DNA of 42,599 nucleotides from positions 1 through 42,599 of the forward strand of contig JBBQEB010000012.1 of assembly GCA_038320275.1 (NCBI GenBank). The letters run 5' to 3'. The stretch comes from Myxococcales bacterium. Its GTDB lineage: Bacteria > Myxococcota > Myxococcia > Myxococcales > Anaeromyxobacteraceae. Below the pieces are notes generated by a model. That model was not told where the DNA came from, made no database searches, and saw only the letters and a program-made list of their open reading frames with translations. Positions 17,964 to 27,975 of the stretch are shown one piece after another; within the stretch, counting starts at the first letter, position 1, and each line of letters opens with the position of its first letter. The position numbers were made by a program, and so were the translations under genes.

Positions 17964-19265
17964 ATGATGCAAGCCGACATGGGGATGACCCTGGCGCCGG
18001 AGCCGATCCAGGTACGCAGCGCAGGGATGGCAGAGGCCTCCGATCGCTGGGGACGGCTCGCCTTCGCGGCGGCCCTCGCCTTCGTGGCGAACCTCTACGC
18101 GAGCCCGGTCTTCTTCTGGCCCGGCGTCTTCGAGCCGCTGCGGCTCGGCGTCGTGACCTCGGGCCTGTGCGCCTTCGCGGTGCTCATGCGCAGGCTCACC
18201 TCGGGAGAGCGCCTCCGGGTGGGAGGCTTCCCGGTGGCTTTTCTCTTCGCCTACGCGGCGGTGATCCCGCTCTCGATGGCGTGGACCATCTCGCCCGACC
18301 GGACGCTCGAGGCGGTGTCCGACATCGCGAAGCTCCTCCTCGTCGCCGTGGCGCTGGTGAACGCGCTCGATACGCCGGGGCGCCTCCACAGCTTCCTTCT
18401 GGTGGGGGCCCTGGCCACGCTGGCGCCGTCGCTGGGCGCCATCAGCCGCTGGGTCCACGGCGAGCGGCTGGTGGACGGCTACCGTACGGCGTGGGAGGGC
18501 AACTACGCCGACCCGAACCGCCTCGCCATGGGGCTCGTGCTCTTCCTCCCCGCCGCGATGACCTGCATCGCCAAGGCGCGCCGCCTGTGGCTGAAGGCGC
18601 TCCTCGCCTTCGCGGCGGTGGCCAGCATCGCCGCCATCGTGCTCACCCACTCGCGCTCCGGGGCCGTCGGCTTGGTCCTCGCCATCCTCTTCGTGCTCCT
18701 GCGCGGGCGCTCGCTGGGCCGCGGGCTCGTCCTGGGCGCGCTGGTCGCCGCGGCCCTGGGCGTGCTCGCCCCGCGGAGCTTCTGGACGCGCTCGGAGAGC
18801 ATCGCCAACTACGGGGAGGACGTCTCCTTCGCACACCGCGAGCGCGCCTGGAGCATGCTCCAGGTCATCGCGTCCGAGCGCCCCTTCACCGGGGTCGGTG
18901 CCGGGGCCTTCATCGACGCGTGGGACCGCTTCGCGCCGCTCTCCGCCGGCGGAGAGCACCTCATCGCGCACAACATCCTCATGGAGATCCAGGGTGAGCT
19001 GGGGGCGATCGCGCTGGCGCTCTTCGGGGTGTACAGCCTTTGGCTCACGGTGAGGCTCTTCAGGGCCGGCTCCTCCGGGGATTCCGGCGGCGGGGTCGAG
19101 GCGCGAGCGATCTTCGCGGGCCTCAGTGGCTACCTCGTCTGCGAGCTGGTGAACGGCTACACCCGCGCCTTCGGGCTGTACTGCGGTTTCGGCATGGGCA
19201 TGGCGGCCATCGCCCTCTCGCGCGTGCGGTCACAGATGGCGGCCGCGGAAAAGAAGCTGGCATGA
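17964..19265 (+). CDS. wzy: Wzy polymerase / O-antigen-ligase-like membrane protein (ExoJ-like)
   Basis: GAGGAGG SD; ~10 TM segments; YADPNRLA, THSRSG, RPFTGVGAGAF, AHNILMEIQGELG (Wzy_C). Confidence 0.8.
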   Translation: MMQADMGMTLAPEPIQVRSAGMAEASDRWGRLAFAAALAFVANLYASPVFFWPGVFEPLRLGVVTSGLCAFAVLMRRLTSGERLRVGGFPVAFLFAYAAVIPLSMAWTISPDRTLEAVSDIAKLLLVAVALVNALDTPGRLHSFLLVGALATLAPSLGAISRWVHGERLVDGYRTAWEGNYADPNRLAMGLVLFLPAAMTCIAKARRLWLKALLAFAAVASIAAIVLTHSRSGAVGLVLAILFVLLRGRSLGRGLVLGALVAAALGVLAPRSFWTRSESIANYGEDVSFAHRERAWSMLQVIASERPFTGVGAGAFIDAWDRFAPLSAGGEHLIAHNILMEIQGELGAIALALFGVYSLWLTVRLFRAGSSGDSGGGVEARAIFAGLSGYLVCELVNGYTRAFGLYCGFGMGMAAIALSRVRSQMAAAEKKLA

Positions 19266-20428
19266 GACCCCGCGCCCTGGCCGCGCCCGCCCCGGTCCGC
19301 GTCCTCATCATCCAGAACCGATTCCGCCTGGGCGGTCAGGAAGGCCAGACGCTGCTGCACCTGTCGTCCGTGGACTGGAGCTCCTGGGAGCCGGTGGTGG
19401 TCTGCCTCCAGCGAGAGGGAGAGTACCTGGCCGCGGTGGAGGATCTCGCCGATCTCGAGTCGCTCGACGTGCGCAAGATGGCCCGCCTCGGGACGCTGTG
19501 GAGCGTCGCGAAGCTGGCCCGGCGCATCCGGGCGGAGCGGATCGCTCTCGTCCACGCGCAGGATTTCTACTCGAACGTGCTGGGGTTCCTGGCGGCCCGG
19601 CTCGCCGGCGTCCCCAACATCGTGACGCGGGTCGATCTCGGCCACGTGTTCAACCCGGTCCAGCGCGCGGCGCTCACCGCCGTCTCGCGAGCGTCCACCC
19701 GGGTGCTGGTGAACGCCCTCGCCATCCGCGACCAGTGCATCTCCGAGGGCGTGCACCCGGACCGGATCGCGGTCGTGCGCAACGGCGTCGACCTGACGGC
19801 GTTCGACGCCGCCGCCACGCGTTCCCCGGTACCGCCGGTCCCCGCGCTCGACCACCCGGCCGTGGTTTCGGTCGCCAACATGCACCATCCGGTGAAGGGG
19901 CAGGTCGATCTCCTGGAAGCGATGCGGGAGGTGGTGCGCGCGGTGCCCGATGCGCGCCTGGTCCTGGTGGGCGATGGCGTGCGCCGCCCCATGCTGGAGG
20001 CGCTCGCGAAGGATCTTCGTCTCGAAGACCACTGCGCCTTCCTCGGCCACCGGCGCGACGTTCCGGCCATCCTGGCCCGAGCGGCGGTGGCGGTCTCGGC
20101 GAGCCACGCGGAGGGCATCTCGAACGCCATCCTCGAGGCGATGGCGGCGCGCAAGCCGGTGGTGGCCACCGCGGTCGGGGGCAGCCCGGAGCTGGTCCGC
20201 GACGGCGTCAACGGACGACTCGTTCCGCCCGGCGCGCCGGCCCAGCTCGCGGGCAGGTTGCGGGAGCTCCTGCAGAACAGGGGCACGGCGAGACGCCTGG
20301 GCGAGGCAGGGCGCGAGCTGGTGGAGCGCGAGTTCGGGCTCGACGCGATGCGGCTCAGCTACGATGCCCTCTACCGCGGCGTCGTCGCGGAATCGGAGGG
20401 CAGGCTCTCGCGTCTGATGCTGACCTGA
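19262..20428 (+). CDS. GT4 glycosyltransferase (ExoK-like)
   Basis: ATGA overlap; LGGQE, VHAQ, VVRNGVD, KGQVDL, LVGDG, FLGHRRDV, SHAEGISNAILEAMAARKPVVATAVGG. Confidence 0.92.
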   Translation: MRPRALAAPAPVRVLIIQNRFRLGGQEGQTLLHLSSVDWSSWEPVVVCLQREGEYLAAVEDLADLESLDVRKMARLGTLWSVAKLARRIRAERIALVHAQDFYSNVLGFLAARLAGVPNIVTRVDLGHVFNPVQRAALTAVSRASTRVLVNALAIRDQCISEGVHPDRIAVVRNGVDLTAFDAAATRSPVPPVPALDHPAVVSVANMHHPVKGQVDLLEAMREVVRAVPDARLVLVGDGVRRPMLEALAKDLRLEDHCAFLGHRRDVPAILARAAVAVSASHAEGISNAILEAMAARKPVVATAVGGSPELVRDGVNGRLVPPGAPAQLAGRLRELLQNRGTARRLGEAGRELVEREFGLDAMRLSYDALYRGVVAESEGRLSRLMLT

Positions 20429-20433
20429 TCGAC

Positions 20434-20501
20434 GGTCGCCGGTAGCAGTCGTATTCGAAGGCGCCGGTCGCGGTCGTAGTCGCGGTCGTACTCGCGTTCG
20501 C
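20434..20501 (-). repeat. Intergenic degenerate hexamer repeat, same unit as 899-1000 on the opposite strand
   Basis: 20466-20501 ggtcgc ggtcgt agtcgc ggtcgt actcgc gttcgc plus degenerate units at 20434-20458. Confidence 0.7.
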
Positions 20502-20573
20502 GCACCGTCCGCGCTCGACACGAGGTCGCTCCAACCCGGGTGACCGGCCGCAAGCGAGCTCGCCCCAAGATGA

Positions 20574-20607
20574 GAGCGCCACCCCTCCGCGCGGAAAGGT
20601 GGCGCTC
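20574..20607. terminator. Hairpin downstream of sdhB between convergent operons
   Basis: GAGCGCCACC (20574-20583) / GGTGGCGCTC (20598-20607) perfect 10-bp stem with inner TCCG/CGGA. Confidence 0.55.
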
Positions 20608-20638
20608 GACGTCGCAGAGTCTGGCAGCGGGCCTCGAA

Positions 20639-21457
20639 TCAGGCGCTGCCGGTCGCCCCCTTCTGATCGCGCTTCACCATCACGGCCTTGAAGAAGTCCT
20701 TGTTCATCTTCCGGATGACCTCGAGCGAGACGTGCGCCGGGCACACGGCTTCGCACTCGCCGATGAGCGTGCAGTGGCCGAAGCCCTCCGCCGTGTTCTG
20801 CTGCACCATGGCGAGGGTGCGCTCGTAGCGCTCGGGCTGACCCTGCGGCAGCACGTTGAGGTGTGTCAGCTTGGCCCCGGTGAAGAGCGCGGCCGAGGCG
20901 TTGGGGCAGGCGGCGACGCACGCTGCGCAGCCGATGCACGCGGCAGCCTCCATCGCGCGATCGGCGGCCTCCTTGGACACCAGGATCGAGTTGGCCTCGG
21001 GCGCGCTGCCCGTGCGGGTGGAGATGAAGCCGCCCGACTGGATGATGCGGTCGAAGGCGGTCCGGTTGACCACCAGATCCTTCATGATGGGGAACGCCTT
21101 GGCCCGCCACGGCTCGAGGGTGAGCGAATCCCCGTCCTTGAAGTGGCGCATGTGGAGCTGGCACACCGTGCCGCCGTGCACCGGGCCGTGCGGCGAGCCG
21201 TTCACGAGGAAGCCGCACATCCCGCAGATGCCCTCGCGGCAGTCGGAGTCGAAGGCCACCGGCTCCTCGCCCTTGATGATGAGGTCCTGGTTGAGGACGT
21301 CCAGCATCTCGAGAAAGGACATGTGCTCGTTCGCGACCACCTGGTACCGGACGAACCGGCCGGTGTCCTCGGCGTTCCTCTGCCGCCACACGTCGAGGGT
21401 GAGCTTCATGTCGCCGTGGGCGGCCGCGCCGCCGTTCGAGTGTCCGTTCGCGCTCAC
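20639..21457 (-). CDS. sdhB: Succinate dehydrogenase/fumarate reductase iron-sulfur subunit
   Basis: GTG overlapping sdhA stop (alternative ATG 21409); [45 protein letters not shown]. Confidence 0.95.
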   Translation of the reverse strand: MSANGHSNGGAAAHGDMKLTLDVWRQRNAEDTGRFVRYQVVANEHMSFLEMLDVLNQDLIIKGEEPVAFDSDCREGICGMCGFLVNGSPHGPVHGGTVCQLHMRHFKDGDSLTLEPWRAKAFPIMKDLVVNRTAFDRIIQSGGFISTRTGSAPEANSILVSKEAADRAMEAAACIGCAACVAACPNASAALFTGAKLTHLNVLPQGQPERYERTLAMVQQNTAEGFGHCTLIGECEAVCPAHVSLEVIRKMNKDFFKAVMVKRDQKGATGSA

Positions 21458-23364
21458 TTGTAGCTCCGGGTCGCTAGCTTGATGTTCTCGTACACCAGGG
21501 GCTCCTTGTGGAGCTCCGGCGTCTCGCCGCCCTTCCAGCCCCAGGCCGCCACGTACGCGTAGTCGGCGTCGTTGCGCTCGGCCTCGCCGTCGGCCGTCTG
21601 GTACTCCGTCCGGAAGTGCCCGCCGCAGGACTCGTTCCGCTGGAGCGCGTCGAAGCACATGAGCTGCGCCAGCTCGAAGAAGTCGCCGACGCGGTTCGCC
21701 TTCTCGAGCTCCTGGTTCAGGTCGTTGGAGGCGCCCAGCACCTTCACGTTCTTCCAGTACTCTTCCTGCAGCGTCGGGATCTTCGTGAGAGCGCGCTCCA
21801 GGCTCTCCTTGGAGCGCGCCATCCCGCACTCATCCCAGAGGATCGTGCCCAGTTCGCGCCAGTAGGAGTCCACCGTGCGCGTGCCCTTCGCGCTCAGCAG
21901 CTTGTCGAGGCGCGTCTTCACCTCGCGCTCGGCATCCTTGAAGGACGCGTGGTTGGTGTCGGACTTGGCGATCCCGCCCGAGGCGAGATAGTTGCCCACC
22001 GTGAGCGGCAGGATGAAGTAGCCGTCGGCGAGCCCCTGCATGAGCGCCGAAGCGCCGAGCCGGTTCGCGCCGTGGTCGGAGAAGTTCGCCTCACCCCCCA
22101 CGAACAGCCCGGGGATGTTGCTCATGAGGTCGTAGTCCACCCACAGTCCACCCATGGTGTAGTGGACCGCCGGGTAGATGCGCATCGGCACCTGGTACGG
22201 GTTCTCGCCGGTGATGCGCTCGTACATCTCGAAGAGGTTTCCGTACCGCTCGGCGATGACGTTCTGGCCGAGCCGCTTGATGGCGTCTGCGAAGTCGAGA
22301 TAAACGCCAAGCCCGCCGGGACCGACGCCGCGCCCCTCGTCACAGGCGTACTTCGCCTGCCGCGACGAGACGTCGCGCGGGGCGAGGTTGCCGTACGACG
22401 GGTAGACGCGCTCGAGGTAATAGTCGCGCTCGCCCTCGGGGATCTGGTCGGGGGCCCGGTGGTCGCCAGCCTTCTTCGGCACCCAGACCCGCCCGTCGTT
22501 GCGGAGTGACTCGGACATGAGCGTCAGCTTCGACTGGTAGTCGCCCGACTTCGGGATGCAGGTGGGGTGGATCTGCGTGTAGCAGGGGTTGGCGAAGTAC
22601 GCGCCCCGCCGGTGCGCCCGCCAGATGGCGGAGGCGTTGCAGCCCTTGGCATTGGTGGAGAGGTAGAAGACGTTCCCGTAGCCGCCGGTGGCGAGCACCA
22701 CCGCATCGCCGATGAACGACTCGAGCGCGCCGGTCTCGAGGTTGCGGGTGACGATGCCTCGCGCGCGCCCGTCGATGACGACGAGGTCGAGCATCTCGTG
22801 GCGAGCGAACATCTTCACCGTGCCCGCCGCCACCTGGTGCTCGAGGGCCTGGTAGGCGCCGAGGAGGAGCTGCTGGCCGGTCTGGCCCCGGGCGTAGAAG
22901 GTGCGGGAGACCTGCGCGCCTCCGAAGGACCGGTTCGCCAGCGTGCCGCCGTACTCTCGCCCGAAGGGAACGCCCTGGGCGGCGCACTGGTCGATGATGT
23001 CGACCGAAACCTCGGCCAGGCGGTGGACGTTGGCCTCGCGGGAGCGGAAGTCGCCGCCCTTGATGGTGTCGTAGAACAGGCGGTACACCGAGTCGCCGTC
23101 GTTCTGGTAGTTCTTGGCGGCGTTGATGCCGCCCTGCGCGGCGATGGAGTGCGCGCGGCGCGGGGAGTCCTGGTAGCAGAAGTTGAGGACGTTGTAGCCG
23201 AGCTCGCCCATGCTGGCGGCAGCCGCCCCGCCGGCGAGGCCCGTCCCCACCATGATGACCGTGTACTTCCTCTTGTTGGAGGGGTTCACGAGCTTCATGT
23301 GGTCCTTCCGCTCGGTCCACTTCTTCTCGAGCGGTCCAGCCGGGGTATTCGATTCGAGGGCCAT
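21454..23364 (-). CDS. sdhA: Succinate dehydrogenase/fumarate reductase flavoprotein subunit
   Basis: [21 protein letters not shown] (covalent FAD His), [40 protein letters not shown]. Confidence 0.97.
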   Translation of the reverse strand: MALESNTPAGPLEKKWTERKDHMKLVNPSNKRKYTVIMVGTGLAGGAAAASMGELGYNVLNFCYQDSPRRAHSIAAQGGINAAKNYQNDGDSVYRLFYDTIKGGDFRSREANVHRLAEVSVDIIDQCAAQGVPFGREYGGTLANRSFGGAQVSRTFYARGQTGQQLLLGAYQALEHQVAAGTVKMFARHEMLDLVVIDGRARGIVTRNLETGALESFIGDAVVLATGGYGNVFYLSTNAKGCNASAIWRAHRRGAYFANPCYTQIHPTCIPKSGDYQSKLTLMSESLRNDGRVWVPKKAGDHRAPDQIPEGERDYYLERVYPSYGNLAPRDVSSRQAKYACDEGRGVGPGGLGVYLDFADAIKRLGQNVIAERYGNLFEMYERITGENPYQVPMRIYPAVHYTMGGLWVDYDLMSNIPGLFVGGEANFSDHGANRLGASALMQGLADGYFILPLTVGNYLASGGIAKSDTNHASFKDAEREVKTRLDKLLSAKGTRTVDSYWRELGTILWDECGMARSKESLERALTKIPTLQEEYWKNVKVLGASNDLNQELEKANRVGDFFELAQLMCFDALQRNESCGGHFRTEYQTADGEAERNDADYAYVAAWGWKGGETPELHKEPLVYENIKLATRSYK

Positions 23365-23371
23365 GGCGCTC

Positions 23372-24073
23372 CTAGCCGTGAAGGACGCCCGTGAGGACTG
23401 CCACGGGGACGGAGATGTTGGCGAGCGCGATGAGCGTCGCGGCGAGCGCCGCGAACCGCTTCACGTTCGCCGTGTAGCGCGGGTGGGAGAGGCCGAGGGA
23501 GCCGAACATCGAGTACACCCCGTGCCAGAGGTGGAAGCCCAGGGCGACCATGGCGGCGATGTAGAGCAGCGCCGGGATGGGATGGGAGAAGCCGGTGACC
23601 ACGTTGTTGCCCGGGTCGAGCTCGACGTACCGCCCGGCGTGCGCGACCCCGACCGTGAGGTCGAGCACGTGATAGACGATGAAGAGCAGGATGAGCACGC
23701 CGGTGATGATCATCGTGCGCGAGGGAAGGGTCGCCTGGATGACCTCCTTGCGCTGGTAGGCGATGGGTCTGGCCTCCCGCTTCATGAACCAGAGCTGGAT
23801 GCCGGCGACGGCGTGCACCAGCGCGGCCGCGATGAGGACGGTCCGCGCCACCCACAGCAGTCCCTCGCTGGAGTGAAGCAGCTTGGCGTAGCGGTTGATG
23901 ACCTCCGAGCCCGCGTACACCTGCATGTTCCCCAGCAGATGGGCGACCACGTAAAGGAAGAGCACGATCCCGGAGAGCGCCATCAGCACCTTCTTGCCGA
24001 CGTTGCTCGCCCAAAGGAGTGAGAAGCGGGATGGGCCGGGACCGATGACCACGTCCTTCGTCGTGACGCTCAT
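23372..24073 (-). CDS. sdhC: Succinate dehydrogenase cytochrome b558 subunit (single 5-TM, dihaem-type anchor)
   Basis: [41 protein letters not shown]; four conserved His; GGAG SD. Confidence 0.92.
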   Translation of the reverse strand: MSVTTKDVVIGPGPSRFSLLWASNVGKKVLMALSGIVLFLYVVAHLLGNMQVYAGSEVINRYAKLLHSSEGLLWVARTVLIAAALVHAVAGIQLWFMKREARPIAYQRKEVIQATLPSRTMIITGVLILLFIVYHVLDLTVGVAHAGRYVELDPGNNVVTGFSHPIPALLYIAAMVALGFHLWHGVYSMFGSLGLSHPRYTANVKRFAALAATLIALANISVPVAVLTGVLHG

Positions 24074-24417
24074 GCGCGGAGCTCCATACCGTGTGGCGCC
24101 GTACTCTGGGTGCGACCCGGACGCCGTGGGACGCACACGGAACCACAAACGGAGGCGGGCGGGAAGGTCCCGCTACCGCCCCATTGGGTCTCTCGCCAAA
24201 GAGTGAAGAATTCCGCGGTGCGTCACCCGCTCCAGACGCCCGGACCGCGCTCACCGGTCGAGCACTCGGAGCCGACCGGTCGAAGCCACCACGGAACCGA
24301 TCGTCAGCTTCGGCGAGGAGGCGTCTTCGGGTCGCACGCGCGCCAGCCCCGGGGCCGCCGGCGAGCCCGCTCCCGGGCCGGTCGCGCCTCGTCCAGCCTC
24401 GACGTATACCTTTCGAC

Positions 24418-24999
24418 ATGCAAAGCGTTTGCGTCTTCTGCGGATCGTCGGACGGGGCAAGACCCGCCTATCGCGAGGTAGCGCGCGGGCTCGGCATGGA
24501 AGTGGCTCGCCGGGGCCTCGCGCTCGTGTACGGTGGCGCGAGCGTCGGGCTCATGGGCGCGGTGGCGGACGGTGCGCTCGAGGCGGGGGGCGAGGTGGTG
24601 GGCGTGCTCCCCCAGGCGCTGCAGGCGAAGGAGCTCGCGCACCCGCGCCTCACCCGCCTGGAGGTGGTCGGGTCGATGCACGAGCGCAAGGCGCGCATGG
24701 CCGAGCTGTCCGACGGGTTCATCGCCTTGCCGGGCGGCATGGGGACGCTCGAGGAGCTGGCCGAGATCCTGACCTGGGCGCAGCTCGGACTGCACCGGAA
24801 GGCGGTGGGGCTGCTCGACGCACAGGGGTACTGGTCGCCGCTCGTCGCGTTCTTCGACCATGCAGTAGCGGAGCGGTTCATCCGGCCCGAGCACCGCGCC
24901 ATGCTGCGCGTCGCGGCCGAGCCCGGAGCGCTCCTCGATGACCTGGCGGCGTACGTGCCGGCCGCTGCGCCGAAGTGGATCGAGCGCGGGGAGAGCTAG
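24418..24999 (+). CDS. LOG-family (TIGR00730) nucleotide phosphoribohydrolase
   Basis: [38 protein letters not shown]. Confidence 0.93.
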   Translation: MQSVCVFCGSSDGARPAYREVARGLGMEVARRGLALVYGGASVGLMGAVADGALEAGGEVVGVLPQALQAKELAHPRLTRLEVVGSMHERKARMAELSDGFIALPGGMGTLEELAEILTWAQLGLHRKAVGLLDAQGYWSPLVAFFDHAVAERFIRPEHRAMLRVAAEPGALLDDLAAYVPAAAPKWIERGES

Positions 25000-25394
25000 G
25001 GATTCGAAGCGGGCACGCCCTCGGACGGGGGCCCCAGGAACGTCAGGACGGTGCGCACGACGTCGTCGAGCTCGAACGGCTTCTCGAGCCAGCCCTCGGC
25101 CCCGATCTCCTCCGCGCGCTGGCGCGCGTTCTCCGCGGCGGTGACCACCACGATGGGCGCGGCGTGCCCGTAGCGCCCGCGGAACTCGCGCGCGAACTCC
25201 CAGCCGTTCATGACCGGCATCCGCATGTCGAGGAAGATGAGCCCGGGCATCGACTCGCTCACGCGGCGCAGGGCCAGCGCGCCATCGGCCGCCGTCCGGA
25301 CGAGATACCCGGCCTCGGACACGATCATCTCCACCAGCGCGGCGAGATCGCCGTCGTCCTCCACCACCAGGACGCCCGCCTCGGGAGACGTCAT
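24996..25394 (-). CDS. Single-domain response regulator (CheY-like)
   Basis: [36 protein letters not shown]-coupled to kinase. Confidence 0.92.
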   Translation of the reverse strand: MTSPEAGVLVVEDDGDLAALVEMIVSEAGYLVRTAADGALALRRVSESMPGLIFLDMRMPVMNGWEFAREFRGRYGHAAPIVVVTAAENARQRAEEIGAEGWLEKPFELDDVVRTVLTFLGPPSEGVPASNP

Positions 25395-26737
25395 GACGGC
25401 CCCTTTGCCAGCGGGATGGAGAACGAGAAGGTGGAGCCCGCGCCAGGCGCGCTCTCGAACCAGATCCGGCCGCCATGCCTCGCCACGATCTCGCGGCTCA
25501 CGTCGAGCCCGACCCCCAGCCCGCCGTAGTCCTCGGCCGTGCCCGCATGCGCCCGGTAATAGCGCTCGAACACGCGCGCCTGCCGCTCTTGCGGGATGCC
25601 CACCCCATGATCCCGCACCGACACGATGGCCTCGCTGTCGCCGCGGGTGAGCGCGGCCTCCACCACCTCCCCCTCCGGCGAGAACCGGAGCGCGTTCTCG
25701 ACGAGGTTCACCACCACCGCCTGGATGCGCTGGCGATCCGCGAGCACCTGCGCCTGGGCCTTCGCGGTGAAGGTGATGCGGCGCCCGGCCGCCTGGGACC
25801 GCAGCGTGCCCAGGACCTCCTCCAGCAGCGCGGCGAGATCGAGCCATTCCCGGCGGAGGTCTCCGCTCCCCAGGCGGAACCGGGAGACCTCGAGGAGCTG
25901 TCCCACCATGCGCGCCATGCGGTCGATCTGGCGGGCGATGACGTCGAGCCCGGGCCCGTCGCCCTGGCCGCGCTTGCGCATGAGCTGCGCGTAGGCTTTC
26001 ACCACGGCCAGGGGCGTCTTGAACTCGTGCGCGGCAGTGGCCAGGAACTCCTCCCGCATCTCCTCGAACCGCTTCACCTCGCTGATGTCGCGGATCACCG
26101 CGACGGCGAGGCGGGGTGCCTCGCGAGGATGCGCCCGCACCGGCGCCGACGAGATGGCGAGGTAGCGCTCCGCGCCGTCGAACGCGCGCATGCGGGTCTC
26201 GTGTCCGGTCACGATCTCCCCGCGCAGGGCGCGCGCGGTGGCGCTCTCCTCCCACGACGGTGCCTGGCCATCGCCCACCGGGAGGGATACGCGCGCGAGC
26301 AGCTCCGGCATCGGACGGAGGAGCTCCCGCCGGTGGGCCGCGCCGTAGAGGACCACCGCCGCCGCGTTGACGTCCACCACCTGGCCGGAGCGATCGGTGA
26401 CCACCACGGCGTCCGCCATCGCCTCCAGCACCGTGCGGACCTCGACCTCACGCACCGTGCGCTCGGAGAGGTTGCGCCGCATGAGGACGTACAGCACCAG
26501 CGCGCTCACGACGACGAAGGCGACGGCCTTCCCGGTCTGGAGGTCGGGGCGGCGGGCCGGCTCCCGGACGAAGATCGCGAGACCGGCGTCCGAGAAGAGG
26601 ATCCACGCGATGCCGCCGGCGGCGTACAGCAGCACGATCCGGAGTGGCGTGACGAGCCGGCGGAGCCGCGGGGCCGGGCCGGAGGGCGGCTCGAGGCCGG
26701 GTGCGAATCCCCTTGGGCGCTGGGGCTCGGTTTCCAC
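25391..26737 (-). CDS. Membrane PAS-domain sensor histidine kinase
   Basis: 2 N-terminal TM; PAS (DAVVVTD...VNAAA); H-box AAHEFKTPL; NLVENALRFS; DHGVGIP; GLGVGL; GSTFSF. Confidence 0.93.
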   Translation of the reverse strand: METEPQRPRGFAPGLEPPSGPAPRLRRLVTPLRIVLLYAAGGIAWILFSDAGLAIFVREPARRPDLQTGKAVAFVVVSALVLYVLMRRNLSERTVREVEVRTVLEAMADAVVVTDRSGQVVDVNAAAVVLYGAAHRRELLRPMPELLARVSLPVGDGQAPSWEESATARALRGEIVTGHETRMRAFDGAERYLAISSAPVRAHPREAPRLAVAVIRDISEVKRFEEMREEFLATAAHEFKTPLAVVKAYAQLMRKRGQGDGPGLDVIARQIDRMARMVGQLLEVSRFRLGSGDLRREWLDLAALLEEVLGTLRSQAAGRRITFTAKAQAQVLADRQRIQAVVVNLVENALRFSPEGEVVEAALTRGDSEAIVSVRDHGVGIPQERQARVFERYYRAHAGTAEDYGGLGVGLDVSREIVARHGGRIWFESAPGAGSTFSFSIPLAKGPS

Positions 26738-26820
26738 GCCCCAAGGGTTTACCGCGTTCAGGTTCCGCCGCGTCAGGCCCTGGGCAGGGGGCCTTGGCCC
26801 CTTCGACGCGCGGGCGCGCG

Positions 26821-26829
26821 TGCTATAAC
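26821..26829 (+). promoter_or_regulatory. Extended -10-like box upstream of lpxB
   Basis: TGCTATAAC ending 9 nt before the TTG start; no SD. Confidence 0.5.
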
Positions 26830-26838
26830 CCGCGCGCC

Positions 26839-27975
26839 TTGGCCCCCGAGATCCTCGTCGTCGCCACCGAGGCGAGCGCCGACCTGCACGCTTCGCGCGC
26901 GCTGGAGGAGCTGCGGCGCCTCCGGCCCGACGTGAAGGCGTACGGCATGGGCGGGGCCTGCCTGCGCGCGGCGGGCCTGGAGGCCCTCCACCACGCGGAG
27001 GAGATGTCGGTGATGGGCTTCGCGGAGGTCGTTCCGAAGATCCCCGTCATCCTGCGCATCCTGCGATCCCTCGGCGCGGCCGCGGAGGCCCGGCGCCCGG
27101 CGGTGGCGCTGCTCGTCGATTCTCCCGACTTCAACCTGCGGCTCGCGAAGCGGCTGAAGCGCCTCGGGATCGCGGTGGTCTACTACGTGTCCCCCACCGT
27201 CTGGGCCTGGCGCCGGCGCCGCGTCAAGACCATCGCGCGCGTGGTCGACCGGATGCTGTGCATCCTCCCCTTCGAGGAGCGCTTCTACGCCGGCACCGGA
27301 GTGTCCGCCCGGTTCGTGGGTCACCCGCTCGCGGAGCGCCCCATGGCGGGCCCGGTGGCGTCCTACCGGGCCGCGCTCGGGCTTCCCGCCGGGCGCACCA
27401 CCGTTGCGCTCCTGCCGGGGAGCCGGCGCTCCGAGGTGAAGCGCATGTTCCCGGGAATGCTCGATGCGGCTGAGCGCATCCGGGCGCGCCACCCGGACGC
27501 CCAGTTCGTGGTCCCGGTGGCCTCCACGCTGGGCCGCGGCGTCCTCGAGCCTTACCTCGCGAGCCACGCCGGGCTCGAGGTGCGCCTTGCACCGGAGGGC
27601 GCCGAGGCCGCCGTGGGCGCCTCCGATGCCGCGCTGGTGAAGAGCGGGACCTCCGTGCTGGAGGCGGCGCTCATGCTCCGTCCCATGGTGGTGGTGTACC
27701 GCCTCTCCTGGCTGAGCTACTTCATCGGGCGCCTGTTCATCCACATCGCCCACTTCGCCCTGGTGAACCTCCTCGCCGGGAGGGGGCTCGTGCCGGAGCT
27801 CCTGCAGCGCGAGGCGAGTCCCGCCCGGATGGCCGACGAGATCGAGCGGCTCCTGGCGGCCGGCCCGGCCCGCGACGAGCAGCTCCGCGGGCTCGCCGAG
27901 GTGCGCGCCTCCCTGGGCGAGCCCGGGGCGCCCCGCCGCGTGGCCGAGGAGCTCGCGGCCTTCCTTCCGCCATGA
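26839..27975 (+). CDS. lpxB: Lipid-A-disaccharide synthase
   Basis: EASADLH, SVMGFAEV, VDSPDFNLRL, YYVSPTVWAWR, ILPFE, FVGHPL, LLPGSRRSE, KSGTSVLE, VPELLQ. Confidence 0.95.
   Translation: MAPEILVVATEASADLHASRALEELRRLRPDVKAYGMGGACLRAAGLEALHHAEEMSVMGFAEVVPKIPVILRILRSLGAAAEARRPAVALLVDSPDFNLRLAKRLKRLGIAVVYYVSPTVWAWRRRRVKTIARVVDRMLCILPFEERFYAGTGVSARFVGHPLAERPMAGPVASYRAALGLPAGRTTVALLPGSRRSEVKRMFPGMLDAAERIRARHPDAQFVVPVASTLGRGVLEPYLASHAGLEVRLAPEGAEAAVGASDAALVKSGTSVLEAALMLRPMVVVYRLSWLSYFIGRLFIHIAHFALVNLLAGRGLVPELLQREASPARMADEIERLLAAGPARDEQLRGLAEVRASLGEPGAPRRVAEELAAFLPP

Noticed and set aside
20434..20501. Repeat arrays as possible CRISPR
   Set aside because: 6-nt tandem units without spacers; no cas genes
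20639..24073. Absence of sdhD
   Set aside because: Normal for the three-subunit, single-anchor b558 type of Sdh/Frd
24201..24218. GTGAAGAATTCCGC as a Rex/CRP-like operator upstream of sdhC
   Set aside because: Second half-site too degenerate to support
24418..24999. LOG protein as cytokinin production or as a SLOG defence gene
   Set aside because: Ordinary stand-alone housekeeping-type LOG with no effector fusion or defence neighbours
26699..26747. GGGTGCGAATCCC T-loop-like string and hairpin suggesting a tRNA fragment or att site
   Set aside because: Lacks the TTC of the T-loop, no cloverleaf or CCA, overlaps the kinase start, no integrase nearby
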